A stretch of DNA of 64,000 nucleotides, from assembly GCA_051362555.1 (NCBI GenBank), contig CM120643.1, positions 10,974,001 through 11,038,000 of the forward strand. Direction: 5' to 3'. The stretch is from Lingula anatina (lineage: Eukaryota > Animalia > Brachiopoda). A program made the position numbers and the translations under genes. Positions 11,902-25,551 of the stretch are shown in pieces. Every line of letters begins with the position of its first letter. Position 1 is the first letter of the stretch. The notes under the pieces are model-generated. The model was not told the DNA's origin. It made no database searches and saw only the letters and a list, made by a program, of their open reading frames with translations.

Positions 11902-12057
11902 GGTAGGCTTTGTTTGTTTGTGTGTATGTGAGACGTAAGTGAGGAGTAATTAGGAAGTAGTGGATAGTATTGTATTTTACATTGCAATATTCATTTCTTC
12001 AGCTTAACAAAAAAAATTATATTGGACGTGGCGAAGTGATTGCTGCATCACCTGAAC

Positions 12058-12232
12058 GCCGGTGTAACGTGACGGAGAGAGTCCCCCATGATAGGGAGTC
12101 CGCTCCCCATTAATTCGCACAGGTAAACCTCGCCCTAGATTTTGACTCACTTAGGTCAGGCAATCCTAACCATTATAACAAACTGGAAGGCGGACTTTCT
12201 GTTACACGGACCCTCAGTTTCGTTACATCGGC
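12058..12232. mobile_element. Small MITE-like element upstream of RARS2
   Basis: Terminal inverted repeats GCCGGTGTAACG ... CGTTACATCGGC. Confidence 0.45.
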
Positions 12233-12812
12233 AAAACTGTAGATGAACCGCCGGTTGTGCAGGTAAATGCGTTAGAGAAGACGTACAGAGCGATTATTGC
12301 GTGTCGTTTTTTCTTGTCAAATGCCCGTCAACTCGTACCATACCGTGTGGTGACATCAGCGCTGTAGGGATGGGAAACATGTAGGCCTACGATTCACATG
12401 CATGTATGACATAAATATAAATATTTTGGTTTACTAAATAATTTGTTTTACTTCCCCCATTCTGTCTAAAGAGGGCATTAAATTGCATTAATATAATAAA
12501 AAAAATGAATGGCCCTAAAAGAGCTGTGAGTTAATTTCATCCAATCTCAAAACTAACTAAGTTACATTGCTCTGTTGTCGAAAAAAGAGGTGCTGTCTTG
12601 GAAAATACCGGAAATTGATTGCAAGTTTCCCACTGCGCCGATGCAACCGGAAGCATGTGCGAAGGACTCGACATCGAGCTTGGTCGAATTATTTGTAATA
12701 TTCCATTAAGCTTTACGTTAACTCCCATCGCTCGCAGAATCTAGTAAAAAATGTTGTAGTTATTTTGTTATTTAGCCAAAGAGAGACGAGGAAGCATATG
12801 TAGAGTTGCAAA

Positions 12813-15800
12813 ATGTACAGGACAGCGCTGTGTGGCCTGCGGAAACGATGTGCTTCAAAGGTACAGTGTAATTTTATTTATTTATGTAAAATGTATACAA
12901 ATTCACATGTACATGTTTGTGATTTTCACATTACTGAAATCAGTAGCTAAATTGAGTGACTCTCGTGTGCGCTATAATTGATCACATAACCTTTTAATTT
13001 GTAGCGGATTTTTCTAATTTTACTAACGCAGATGCCAAGAAAATCCTTGCTACTGCTACTGTAGTGGTAGGGGTACTTTAACGGTGCTAGTTAAACGTTT
13101 AAACGTTCATCATGTACATGTCATGTGCCAGAACCCCATATATTTGTTTTTTATCTAAATTTATTATAGGACTGAAACTCTACTCTTCAACTTAAGGTAG
13201 TTTAAACATATTTACAGTAAGCATCTCTGAAACAAAGTCCCTTCACAAACTCACACACACACACACACACACAAACACAATTTGCCATCTTTGGAATAGT
13301 GAAAACGTAGTCATTCAAATGACTCTTTTAAAACCATAACATGAAAGGTGCTCAGTGGGGCAAGATGTGATCACAAGTTTTGTCAAACTCCATTTTAGGG
13401 ATTATGTGGAATTTGGGTGTTTTAATACAGTGAATGATGAAAGGTAACATTTGTATTTGGTTTTCAGATTGCAGACAGTGTTAGTAAAATCACTGGCCAG
13501 GCTGTGGGAGATGAAGCCAGGCTTGCCATTGCACTCTCACTTAAGTACCCTGAAAATCTCAGGAAAGCAAGGTGGAGTTTTAAATCACTAGCATATTTAA
13601 CAAATAAAACTTACTAGCATATTTAACAAATAAAACATACTTAAAGCACTGAAATGTACTATATAATATTTAATATATAACTACAGTATGAAAATCAGAC
13701 ATCCAATGCATAATTAGGTAAGATATTATGATTTTAACAGGTTAAGTCTAGTTTAATATATATTAAGGACTATGTTTACACTGACTCGTGCTATTAGCCT
13801 TTGATGGTTATGCTGAAAATAATTATATGCAGATATTATTTCCCATGAAATTTTAACATTTTTCCATAATCACTTAAGGACATTTTGTCCAAAACTGTTT
13901 ATGTCAATTTCACCTACATGTACCAGTAATGTCTGTTTTGTGGTTTAGTTTTCATTTTGTCAAATCTATCACAGTTTACCTGGGAGAAAACATTTTGTGA
14001 TTTTGTTTTCATTTTGTGGTCTATTCTATCACAGTTTATCTGTGTGAAAACATGATGGCTAGTGATGCCATTATTTTCCTATTTTACCATTTCAGTTCTC
14101 CCCATTACCACCTGTCTGTCCCCACACTGAAGTCCATCTGTCAACTTGATGATGAAAGTGCAAATAAGCTATTCAGTAGGGTAAGGAGTATTTGTATAAT
14201 ATAATATAATATAATATAATTTAATATAATGGATCAAATTGTTTGGTTTATTGGTTGGGAAAAAAAGCATTTTTGAATTTAAACAAAATGATGATAATAA
14301 ATGTATTATGAAAAATTAGGATTAGTGATCTGTCTACACATTATATGATAGAAAAAAAATCACTAAATAACGGTATCAGATCGAAAGAAATACATTTCAA
14401 GTTCCTGTACCGTATTCTGTTCCATGTATTTCTATCATTTTCACTTCACATAAAAATCATGATCGTTTTTTATTCAAACAAATCTTCACATTCTATGTAG
14501 CTTCACTTAGACTTTTTGGGTGCAGATGTTGATGATGGAGCAGTACAGTTGTTGTCAGAAGGCGGGACAGCAAGGCTTGGGTTCTACCTCCCCATTGAAC
14601 CTTTTAATAAGGTAATGTAGACTAAGGAATAGAGATAATTGTTTTCTGGATTTATCCAGATAACTGGATATTTGGGTTTTGTTTTTAACCCTATATTTAT
14701 ATCTGTGTACCTTCAGTGCTTTTTTCCAGATTTCTACAAAGGCCCACCTCACCTCTTAGAAGTCAGAGCATATTTTTCATTCTTCCTGATAAATGTGTCA
14801 AATGTATTCTTAAAAATGATTTACTCTCGGAATTTGAACAAATTAAATGTGATCGCTGATATTTTCCAAACCAGTCTCATCTTCTTTGTCTGGAAAAGAA
14901 TATTTAGAAGATTTAAGAAGTCAAAAGACTGTGTCTTATAAAGAAAATGTGACTTACTGAAGCTATCACAGTAATCTTTCTTCAAGCCTGTAGCTGTCAA
15001 GTTCAAAAGGGAAGTTTTTTTCGTAAAAAAATATGGACCATTTTACCCCCTTAGTTGACCCAACACAAAAAATGACTTTGAATCTCGATCACTTTTGATT
15101 CTGAATAGACCATTTCTGACCAATAAGGCAGTTTTCTTGAAGCCCCCTACCCATAGGTCTGTTGATTTTCTCAGTTTTTCTTCTTTTCCAGGCTGTTCTC
15201 ACGTCCATACTTGAAGAAGGCAACAGGTATGGACTGCAGAGTGTACTGCACCAGGCGGCTCTGGGGGAAGATGGCCGACCAGTTCCTCTGCCGCAGAAAC
15301 AGAAAGTTGTCGTAGAATTCAGGTATCTTTTTAAAAAAAATTATGTCTGGTTGTTTTAGAAATCTGGTGTGTGCTTCACTGTTTATCTCAGTCTGTGGAT
15401 GTCAGGCACTTGGTCTTATATTTCTCAGATTAATTTTTAATCAGACTTATTTCTTCTTTACCAGAAACTTCCAATAGATGAAATTTTGATATTATATTTT
15501 TAAATACAAATATAAAATAATTTATGATATAATATAATTGATTTGACTTTTAATTATTTTATTTCTAGTTCCCCAAACATAGCCAAGCCCTTCCATGCTG
15601 GTCACTTGAGGTCCACTATTCTGGGACGCTTTGTTTCCAGTCTGAACCAGGCTCTCGGACACCAAGTGGTCAAGATCACTTACCTGGGCGACTGGGGCAC
15701 ACAGTTTGGTCAGTTATCACGTAACGATCATGATATTTCTCAAAATGAATTTCAGGAATTTTAGTTTCAGTGAATATTTTTGTAGTAGAGACATGATGAT

Positions 15801-18800
15801 AATTTTTGCCAAAAAGTAATTTGTGAGTATGTTTGTTTGGGTGGTTGCAGAAAGTAACGATTATCTTCAAGTAGTGTGGAAGCCTCAATTGAAAATCACT
15901 GTGTGTTTAGTTTACTTTATTCCAGTTATTTATGATATTGTGCTTCCTGTATGTCTCTCTTTAAATGGCAAAATCTTAATTTTTGCAGGGTTGCTGTGTA
16001 TTGGATATGAAAAGTATGGCTCTGAGGAAAAGCTAAAGGAAAATCCAATGAGGCATTTGTATGAGGTAAAGTAAGCAACAAATTTTAATGTGTTGATATG
16101 TAGATAGAGTAACAAATATTGAGAAAAGTACTATTTTGTTACAAAATTCTACTTAATGGCCTTCTTACTTATTTCAACTCAAATAAAGACATTAAAGATA
16201 CTTAAAAAGTGAGGGTATATGTCTTGTAAGATATATCAATTATTAATACCAACTTCTTACACAACAAATTAAATTTCAAATGCCAAAAAAATCAATTAAA
16301 ATTAAGTTTTCCATGCACAGAAGAAAAGCTTTAAAACTGCACCTTTTCCAAATTTGTAGTTGTAAACTTAACCTTGCCTCTCTATTTATCTCCTCAGTCC
16401 ATAAAGTGTAGACTGAAAAAATATCTGTGAAAATATCTTTATTGTGGGGAAATATTCATAGTTTTCAAACTTAAATAAGCAATACATTTTTCTTATGACA
16501 GTAACAGTGAGAGGGTTTTAAGTGCGTCATTTTCTCTTGTCATAGGTTTATGTCAAGATAAACCAAGATGCAGAAGCAAACCCAGAAATACAAGAACAAG
16601 GCAAAGCTTACTTCAGGCGAATAGAGGATGGTATGATTGCGTAAAATCAGTTTCTATAATTTGCCGTTGAAATGTCATGATTATACAAACTGCAATAATT
16701 TGACAATTTTTTTAAAATTATAAAAATGGAGTTATTCTAACCATTCTCTACTTTTTTTCCAGGGGAAGAACAAGCGGTTTCTCTTTGGAAACACTTTAGA
16801 GACCTGAGCATAAAAAGTTTTGTTGATACATATAAAGTTAGTATACCTCTTTTTTTTTTCTAGAATGATGCACACTAAAGATATATCTAAGAAATACACG
16901 AAAAGAGTTATTAGTGTTGCTGTATTTAGTGCAGTGTGCTTGTCATTTCTTCAGTTTGAATTAAATCATAGTATTACTTAGTTTGAAAGGGTGCAGCAGT
17001 TTGAAAGGGTTTAAATAACTTATTTTTATTAATGTTTATTTCAGAGACTAAATATAGAGTTTGACGAGTATTCCAGTGAATCTCTTTATTCTGATAAAGC
17101 TAAGTCTATAGTTGAACAGTTGAGGCAGAAAGGATTATTAGATGAAAGGTGGGGATTCAACATACTGTATAATATATAAATGAATTTTTTAATCTATGTG
17201 GACTTGAACTTATTCTTTGAAATCCCAGATTTCTGAGAGTTTTAATTTGATTCTGGTGGGACCCAAGGCTGCCCCAGATCCCCAGCTAATTCATTTTGTC
17301 CCACAACAAATTTTAAGATGTTTTTGTAAAAGCTTGGTTTATGTCTGGCACGTAAAATTGGTGATGTTGCAATTTCTGCTCAGGGACTACAGCCGCTAAG
17401 AAAACTGGTGATAGAAACTATATCTTCAGTCTTCGTATGTAAATGCAGATTACAAAATGAAGTTACATAGCAACATTACGTTTTAATGTAAAGACATTGG
17501 ATTTTTTTTTCAGAGTTATCTTTATTACATTTAGGGTTTTACCTGAGAGGCTCAGTGAAATGATTTCATTTTATTTACATGAAATTTTCATGGATGGACT
17601 GTATTTTCCAGCGAAAGTAGTCAAGCAGCTGTGATGAAACTTCCTGGTAGCAAAGAAGGAGAAGATAGAAAAATAACTTTACTTAAAAGTGATGGCAGTA
17701 CATTATATTTGTCAAGGTGAGTGTACTTTATATCTCAAAAATGTTAGACAGTGTTAGGTAATTGTTTTTTTAACCTTTTTTCATTTAGAGTTTAATTTGA
17801 TATTTATATAAATGTTGTATCAAACTGCCATTGAATTTGTGCTTAGTTTTTAGTAAGAGTGGTAAGTTTTACAGTGTACATATTATTTTCAAATTTCGTT
17901 TTGTAACTTAATAACTCGACAACTTTTGATGTCCAATGAATGAAAGTCATTTTTTATTTTCTAGAATTTATATATAGGGATATAATAATTAGTTTATTTT
18001 GTCCAATGCCCTTCACATTTTGCACTTTATGTTACTATGACAATTTGTTAAATATTTCCATCCATTTTCTGTCACATAACAAGATATATATCTGTACGTA
18101 TATCTGTACTGTATCTGTCCATGAGGTATTATTTACCTTTCACAATGAATGTTGATAGCTGAGTTATTTGTCCTCTTGTCCTCCTTTTCAGGGACCTGGC
18201 TGCTGCTATTGATAGATATGAGAGGTTCTCCTTTGACAGGATACATTATGTGGTAAGAGGGTCATCAAAACCTGTCTTATTGTAACTGAAAATGTCTTAT
18301 TTTGAAATTGTATAGTATAAAACTTACATGTCTGCTTTAACTTTGCCCTTTACAATATGCTGTTTATTATTCATCATTAATGCATATTTCTGTGACTTAT
18401 GAAGAGATCAATTAGTATTTCAGTGAGTCTCTTTATTCTAATAAAACAAAATCTAGTAAAACGTCCATGACGTATTGTGAAAAAAAAGCTTATTACTTAT
18501 TATTATGTACTCCAAATTTTCAAACACTTTCCACTCATCACTTGTTATATTTACCAACCCACTAGAGTTTCTTACTGGAATGGGTTCCTAGAAGTGTTGA
18601 ATGGAATAGTTTGGTACAAATGCATAAACATTTCATTGTGGTTATTATATATTTTTGAAAAATATTCCTGGTAAAAAAATTCCCTTATCCTTATGTTTAT
18701 ATACTTGTTTATTCAGTATTTGAAAGCTTACACCCCAATCACACACTGATTGAATTATGTATACCGATTGTAGTTAGGGCTCCTACTATGTACTGTTATA

Positions 18801-18803
18801 TAA

Positions 18804-18849
<46 letters not shown>

Positions 18850-21800
18850 GTAACTGTCATTTAGATGTATATTATTTGTGTTAAGGTGGGTTCAGAGCAG
18901 GCGTCACACTTCTCAAACATACTGCAGATATTACAGAGACTGGGACACCACTGGACAGAACAGTGAGTAGGCTTAGACCAGTATTAGAATGAAGGCTAAG
19001 ACCTGTATTAGATTGAAGGCTAAGACCTGTATTAGAATGAAGGCTAAGACCTATATTAGAATGAAGGCTAAGACCTGTATTAGATTGAAGGCTAAGACCT
19101 GTTTTAGAATGAAGGCTTAGACCTGTATTAGAATGAAGGCTTAGACCTGTATTAGAATGAAGGCTTAGACCTGTATTAGAATGAAGGCTTAGACCTGTAT
19201 TAGAATGAAGGCTTAGACCTGTATTAGAATGAAGGCTTAGACCTGTTTTAGAATGAAGGCTAAGACCTGTATTAGAATGAAGGCTTAGACCTGTATTAGA
19301 ATGAAGGCTAAGACCTGTAGTAGAATGATTGCATATTACCATTGTGGTCAGATAATAAGTGATTTTGATATATTTGTATTTGTTTGGGACATAAGAAAAA
19401 AAATTAAGGTTATTTCATTGCTACATAAATATATGAGAGAACAGTTTCATTAGCTCTGTATGTACATATTTTACAAGCTCTTGATAAAAAGAAAAACAAT
19501 AATTTGAATACATAAATATAATTGTTGTTTTTTGGTGGTGGGAGAGAAAACCAAATTTAAATTTTGTTCAGTTTTGGGAGTTGGTTGAAATATTTGTATG
19601 CATATCTTGTTGATTACACCATATTAAAAGTCTTGAGGTGATATAACTGAAATTGTTTTTGTAGGGATTTACTCATGTTTTCATATGTTAAAATGTGAGA
19701 TTCAGAGATTTTAAGATTTCATGCTGAATATGTTACTCTTACTAAGGCTGTATTCCCAGAGATTTTAGATCGATCTATCCCCGTGGGGAATCTCACTAGA
19801 TTACTGTCAGATAATCCAGCTTTTAATGTCCGTCCCGCCTACTACAAGCTGTAAGGGGGTAATTAACTTTCGTGTCCGCTCGGCTGACAGCTATTTAGCG
19901 TGAACCCCCAGGGAGTTAGGTCGATCTCAAGTAGATCGATCTAATCTCTGGAAATGGGGTCTAAGACTACTGACATTTCATGCATTTGTGTGGTAAAATG
20001 TATCAAGTGCTCTGAGATAGTAAATTCAAGAAATAAAAAAAAAAAAAAAAAAAAAATTCTGAACATAATGTATTTAGTCTTATTTCTGTTAAAGACATAT
20101 CAAAGCAGGATACATCATTTCTTGTGATGTTTAGTTAAAGCACTGTCCACTTACACTGAAATGGTGAACATTTCCTGTTAGATGTGCCTCTGGCTTCCAC
20201 ATTGACTTTGGTGCGGTGAAGGGCATGAAGACCAGGAAGGGCACTGCAGTATTCTTGGAAGATATTCTGGATGAAGCTAAAGATGTAGCTCTTCAAAAAC
20301 TACAGGATACGGAAAGTAGGTTTTACATAAGATAATGGAGCTCAAACAAACTTGTGAAGTTTTGAAGTGAAAAAGGAGCCTGATCATTTTGTCTCTTTTT
20401 GCTAAGTTGTTATAGATACACAGTGTATATGTTTACTCAGTGTATGTATACACAGTGTATCTTTCAGTTCAAGAATGGATTTTTAGCTGCAAAACAGAAC
20501 AATTTATCAGACAAAATGGAATTCCTTGTTTTTTAATTCAATTCTGATGGTTCCTGAGATTCGTCAAGGCTAGATGTTGAGTTCCATGATAAATGTTCAT
20601 TTTTTTTAAAAAACCTAGACTCATGTCTGATTTATGTATAAAGTTAAAAAAAAAAAAAAACAAAAAACAAAATGATTAATATTTCTTGAAAAAATAAATG
20701 TAAACATTTCATTTTAACAATCAACTGATTTGCATTATTCTAAGTTTATTTTATTTTGAAATAAATGTGTGTATGTATGTGTCTGTAGAATGTTGAAGGC
20801 ATTATTTGCCTTCATTAGTTGGGTGTTATCTTTGTTGTCATGTCCTTCGTAGGCTATATAAATTTAAGTAATCATCATCAACATTTACATAAATACCATT
20901 TATCTTTGATTTTAAGATATATATATATATATTTCAGCCACTAAGGTCAAGCCAGAAGACATGGAAGGTACAGCTGAAGCTCTGGGTATCAGTGCTGTGG
21001 TCATCCAGGATTTCAAAACTTTGAGAAAGAACGCCTATGAGTTTGACTGGGACAAGATGGTGGATTTTAAAGGAGATAGCGGGCTGTTTTTACAGTATTG
21101 CCATGCACGGCTATGCAGGTGTGGTTCTGGGAAATTTTAATGAGAATCATCCAAGATGGCCCATGTTTTTGTGACTAAGCATGGATTTGGTGGATATATT
21201 GAGATCAGAAGATCTTTATCACAAACTTCGAAAAAAAAATTATCACTTGAGCTAAATATTTTGCAGTGCAATCCACCATGATCTTCATTAGTCTCAATTG
21301 ATGTGTTTGTGACAAAAGAGCTTTTGATTTTTGTAACCTTCCAAACTGTTAAAACTTTTAAAACATCTATGATAAATATCTAGGAAATATTTTTCTGGAC
21401 ACTACTTTTATATTTTGTAGAACCACTGTCTAATAGTGAAAGGATACCACCTTCTCATCCTGATCCTCACTCCTTTTCTTGTCTCTGCAGTGTCGCAAGC
21501 CACATTTAAGGCTATCTTGAATGATTTTCATGGATTGGGGGATTTGTAGAATTAAGGGGCATTACATTTGTAAGGTTTTTGTGGGTATTCAAATTTTGGT
21601 TCTTCCTGAGAAGTACAGCAGCTGTAAACCAAGTATTATTGGGATTTCAAATTAAAACAAGTAAAAGTTAGAACAAGTTAAAACAAGTTTAAACAAGCAA
21701 ATACTTTCAGATGAACAATGTGAAAGTTGCTGTTGATGATAATGTGTTCCATACTTATGTAAGGCAAACCTCACCCTTGTAACAGCACACAGGAATGATA

Positions 21801-24683
21801 TTTTCCCCACTATCAGTGGATTTATGACTTTTTATAAACCAAAAATATCATTGGCCTAGGCGGCTTAGTGAATTACATGCCATATTTTCCAACTTTTGCA
21901 CTAACTGGCAGTCTCATCCCTGGGGTTAAAAAGTTAATGTTTAAAAAAGCTTGGTCCTATCTCTTGATTTAACATGGGTGAGTATTTTTTCTGACCCATT
22001 TAAAACATTTGATTTCTTACACTGTAATGAATACTAATATATCTAACAAACCTGTATTATGTCCATGTTCCAGTCTAGAGAGAGAGGCCAGGAGAGCTGG
22101 GGTTGCTATCCATGATGACATAGATTTTACTAAATGTGGACAGAAGAAGCAGTTTGGAGGAGCCATAAATTTAGTTATAATGCTTGCAAAGTAAGTGTGT
22201 GCTTTATTCATACTTTTTACATCACACTGAGCTGGTGAAAATGTACAGAGGTAAATTGTAATGGTGATAATACAAAAAAGGATTTTACAGATTCTGAAAT
22301 AAATAGCAACAAAATAACATATGTAGATATGCGTCATCATTACACATAAGTTAAAGGTGGGGTTAGTGTAAACTATAGATATGTGCCGAGTGCAGCTGTT
22401 AGTCATTCAAGTCAGTTGAACCAGTTGAAAACTAAAATCTGTCTGCATTAAGATAGTTCAGTACTATAGAAAGCAGTAACAAATTGCCATTCATGCTGGA
22501 TCCACCTAACTTGGTCCATCCATCTTTGTGGTTATTTCAAAAAGTTTGTATAATACACCTATTATGTTGTTTTTGGAAAATGAAAAAATACATCAATAAT
22601 AGGAGCTCATTAAATTGGGCTGTTTTTAAAAAATTTAGTTGTTTATGATATGCAGGCCACTGAAGACCTTTTATTTATTTTGAAAAAATCTTCAGTAACA
22701 CTTAATGAAATAACACCTTAAATATATAAATATAATCATATTGCTGTTCCTAATAATAACTTTAAAATCATATTTTGTATGGATGTATAGTCTCCAACAC
22801 TCAAAGCTGTATCTGTGTGGGCATATGTTTAATGTCTCTACATATAGGTCATAAGTCAACAAAAGTCCCCAATACACACTTTATGAGCCCAGTCCCAATG
22901 AAACTATTGTTTTCCATAGATTTATCCAACGCAGTGGGGACTCTTGCTGAATGCAATCAGAACATCATATTAACGTGCCTCCTGGCATTAATTACAATAC
23001 AAAAAAAAAAAGCTGGTGATCATACATGTATGATTATGTTGGAAAAAGGACCCTAAGAGCTCTTGGTTCATACCAGTTAGTCAGGGTGATAACCTGTGGT
23101 CTCACTGGCTTACCATAAGTTGGTTTATGTGTTTTTGTTTGTTTAGATATGAAGAAGTCATCAGGAAGTCATTTGTCACTCTGGAGCCCACTGTGATGTA
23201 TCACTATCTTCTGGAACTCTGGTGAGTCTGGTCATGGACACTAGTAACTACAGGCCTGTAGCCAGGGGGGCTCAGGGGGGGGGGGGATCTCAAACAAACC
23301 ATCCTGTTACTGGGAAAAGGTCTGCTCTGTGTTAAATTTGATGTAGGTAGTAACAAGAAGGTTTCATGGTAAAATGCCCACCTTTTCAGGAAGTGACACC
23401 CCCACCCCCCATCTTTGAAATAGCTGGCTTGGACCTGAACTTTAACCTTACCTGGAGTGAAAAGAGGCAAACAGTTGTTTTCTTACCCCAACTCCTGACT
23501 TAGAATTAAATAGGGTTGTGTGTGGTATTTTAACTGCTGAATTACTTTGTAATTTGTTCTAAGAGGCATCTTTGAATACTTAAAAAGCTTCATTTCTGTG
23601 TCTGATGTAATTACCTATTGGTGGAATTATTGTTTCATTATGTTTATATAGAAACATGGTGCAAGTTTAAAAGATTAAATATTGATAATTTTTTGTTAGT
23701 CAATTTTAAAAGAATGTACCTGCCCCCTCAGAGTCATTTAAAATATATTAATATTTTTTTTCCACAGTGTTAAAACCAACTCTCTATATTTGAAATATAA
23801 AGTGGTGGGAATGCCCCTAGAGATTGCAGAGGTAAGCTTAAAGGGATAATAACTCTTCGTATGAGAATTATATTTCACAATAAAATCATTGTGAACAACT
23901 CATAGAAATATAATATGTTCTGTTTTACCACAAAAACGGCAGTTAAAGCTATTATTCTGATATCTGAGCTTGTCTTTAGACCACATGTCCTCCATTGATG
24001 GCTATACTCTTATAATCTCTTAAGAGATTATAACAAAAAAAAACTTTTTAGAAAAAAGAACAGGGGCTAACTTTGAATGTAAAAATGGATTCATTAACCA
24101 TTGGTAAGTATGGGAAAAATTGTTGTTTACTCCAGGAAAATTAATTTTTTGGCTGAAACGAAGAGTTATTATCCCTTTAACAGTTGAGTGAAGTAAAGAG
24201 TGGGGGCTCCATGTTTTTGAAGGTGAGGGTTTATATTGGGACTCAACCAAGTCTACACGTATTAGATAAAATTATATAATACCAAGCCCCAGTAAACCTG
24301 GATGATGCAGTAATTTTTTTTATTGAATCTGTAAAAAGAACCCCCAGGAATTGTGTTAATGTAAACGTTGTTAGCAATAATTATGGAGAATAATTTCCTT
24401 TTGGTTTTATAAATCGGAGCACTTCTCAGCTGAACTATCGGGCTTGAGATATATGAGATCTCGTGATGAATTCTATAAATTGTAAACATTTCTTGTGTTT
24501 TTATATATATTAAGAAGAGTATTATTCAGAAATCCAATATCTAATTGCATATCAATGTGTGGACAGTCTTGTATATTTATTCCTTTCATATTTCAGAGTC
24601 GCCTGCTGCTGTTTCACTGCGCACGCGTGGTGTTGGGGCAGGGTCTGGAACTACTGGGGCTCACTCCTCTGGAAGAAATGTAA
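12813..24683 (+). CDS. RARS2: Mitochondrial arginyl-tRNA synthetase, 19 coding exons, 619 aa
   Basis: Exons 12813-12860, 13468-13571, 14096-14180, 14501-14611, 15192-15322, 15569-15708, 15989-16065, 16546-16630, 16763-16836, 17045-17148, 17612-17716, 18192-18252, 18886-18962, 20182-20315, 20938-21118, 22074-22190, 23147-23221, 23768-23831, 24597-24683. All are GT-AG with compatible phases and sum to 1860 nt. Motifs: [24 protein letters not shown] (HIGH-type), [46 protein letters not shown]-terminal [13 protein letters not shown]. Basic N-terminus [16 protein letters not shown] resembles a mitochondrial presequence. Confidence 0.95.
18969..19328. repeat. 24-bp minisatellite, 15 copies, in RARS2 intron 13
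   Basis: Unit AGGCT(T/A)AGACCTGTATTAGAATGA, starting right after the GTGAGT donor. It explains the SNTGLSLH repeat ORF at 18881-19342. Confidence 0.95.
19746..19961. mobile_element. MITE (PIF/Harbinger-like, TAA TSD), copy A
   Basis: TAA|GGCTGTATTCCCAGAGATTTTAGATCGATCTA ... TAGATCGATCTAATCTCTGGAAATGGGGTC|TAA. Related copies at 54302-54486 and, degenerate, ~33340-33553. Confidence 0.7.
23251..23437. mobile_element. MITE with CAGGC...GCCTG-type TIRs (degenerate copy) in RARS2 intron 17
   Basis: Left CAGGCCTGTAGCCAG, right CTGGCTTGGACCTG; flanks AACTA/AACTT resemble a 5-bp TSD. Same TIR type as 24787-24966. Confidence 0.55.
23842..24176. mobile_element. Kolobok-like MITE (TTAA TSD) in RARS2 intron 18
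   Basis: TTAA|AGGGATAATAACTCTTCG ... CGAAGAGTTATTATCCCT|TTAA: perfect 18-bp TIRs, AG...CT ends and a TTAA duplication. A diverged reverse copy lies at ~32679-32920. Confidence 0.85.
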
Positions 24684-24786
24684 TGCCACTAGTCCGAGTG
24701 ACTGAGCGGAACTAAACTTAAGCCCGATGCTGTGAATCTTTGTGACTTTTGCCCTTTAACTGGAACCAAAGGCACGGCAGTTAATC

Positions 24787-24966
24787 CAGGCTCGTAGCCA
24801 GCAATTTCAAAAGGGGGGTTCTTTTTCTGAAAAAGTGGACCTTTTCCCAGGAAAACTTCATGTACCTAGATCAAGTTTTATCCAGAGTGGACCTTTTCCC
24901 AGCAAAAGGGGCGGTTCTTTCGAACCCCCCGAACCCCCCCCCCCCCCCCCCCCGGCTACGGGCCTG
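24787..24966. mobile_element. MITE with 5-bp TSD in the probable RARS2 3' UTR
   Basis: TAATC|CAGGCTCGTAGCCAG ... CCGGCTACGGGCCTG|TAATC. Confidence 0.8.
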
Positions 24967-25267
24967 TAATCTGTCACAGCAGTGCCCAGAATCCTGTGTC
25001 ATACTTGTAATACATTTCGCTGATGAAAATCTTGGACCCACCAAGTGCCAGTTTTGTCCATTCTTAGCGCATACTTCTCCAGCTCGAACGCTGTTAGGCA
25101 GTTATCGTATAACATTACGAAGGGGGGATTCCTGTTTTAGCAAGACAAATTAATCATTAAACATATATTAAATAAATGAATAAATGAATAATAAGACGGA
25201 CCTTTGTTACTGTGTTGACATACCCGTATCTCACAATAGAATTTTCCCTCAACTAACATTAAGACTA

Positions 25268-25551
25268 CCCGCACGAAAACGAAGTAGATACTCCAACGCA
25301 GTAGACTACTGCAATCATACTGCAAACATGCTTCAAATCTGCTTCGATGTGGGATCTAATTAGCATATTTGAAACATGCTTCTATCATGCTGTTAATCTA
25401 CTGCATTAATGCTCCTCCTCTGTACAACCCTATGTAATTTTTGAAGTAGAATTGCAGTAGGCTATACTGCATTTCTACTGCAAATATGCTCCACACCACT
25501 ACTGCGTTAATGCTTCTTTGCTACTTCGATACTACTGCATTTTTGTGCGGG
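25268..25551 (+). mobile_element. 284-bp CMC/EnSpm-like MITE, copy 1
   Basis: TA|CCCGCACGAAAA ... TTTTGTGCGGG|TA: CCC...GGG ends, 2-bp TSD, internal CTACTGC repeats. Confidence 0.8.

Noticed and set aside
18881-19342. 153-aa SNTGLSLH repeat ORF
   Set aside because: Antisense reading of a 24-bp intronic minisatellite (unit divisible by 3).
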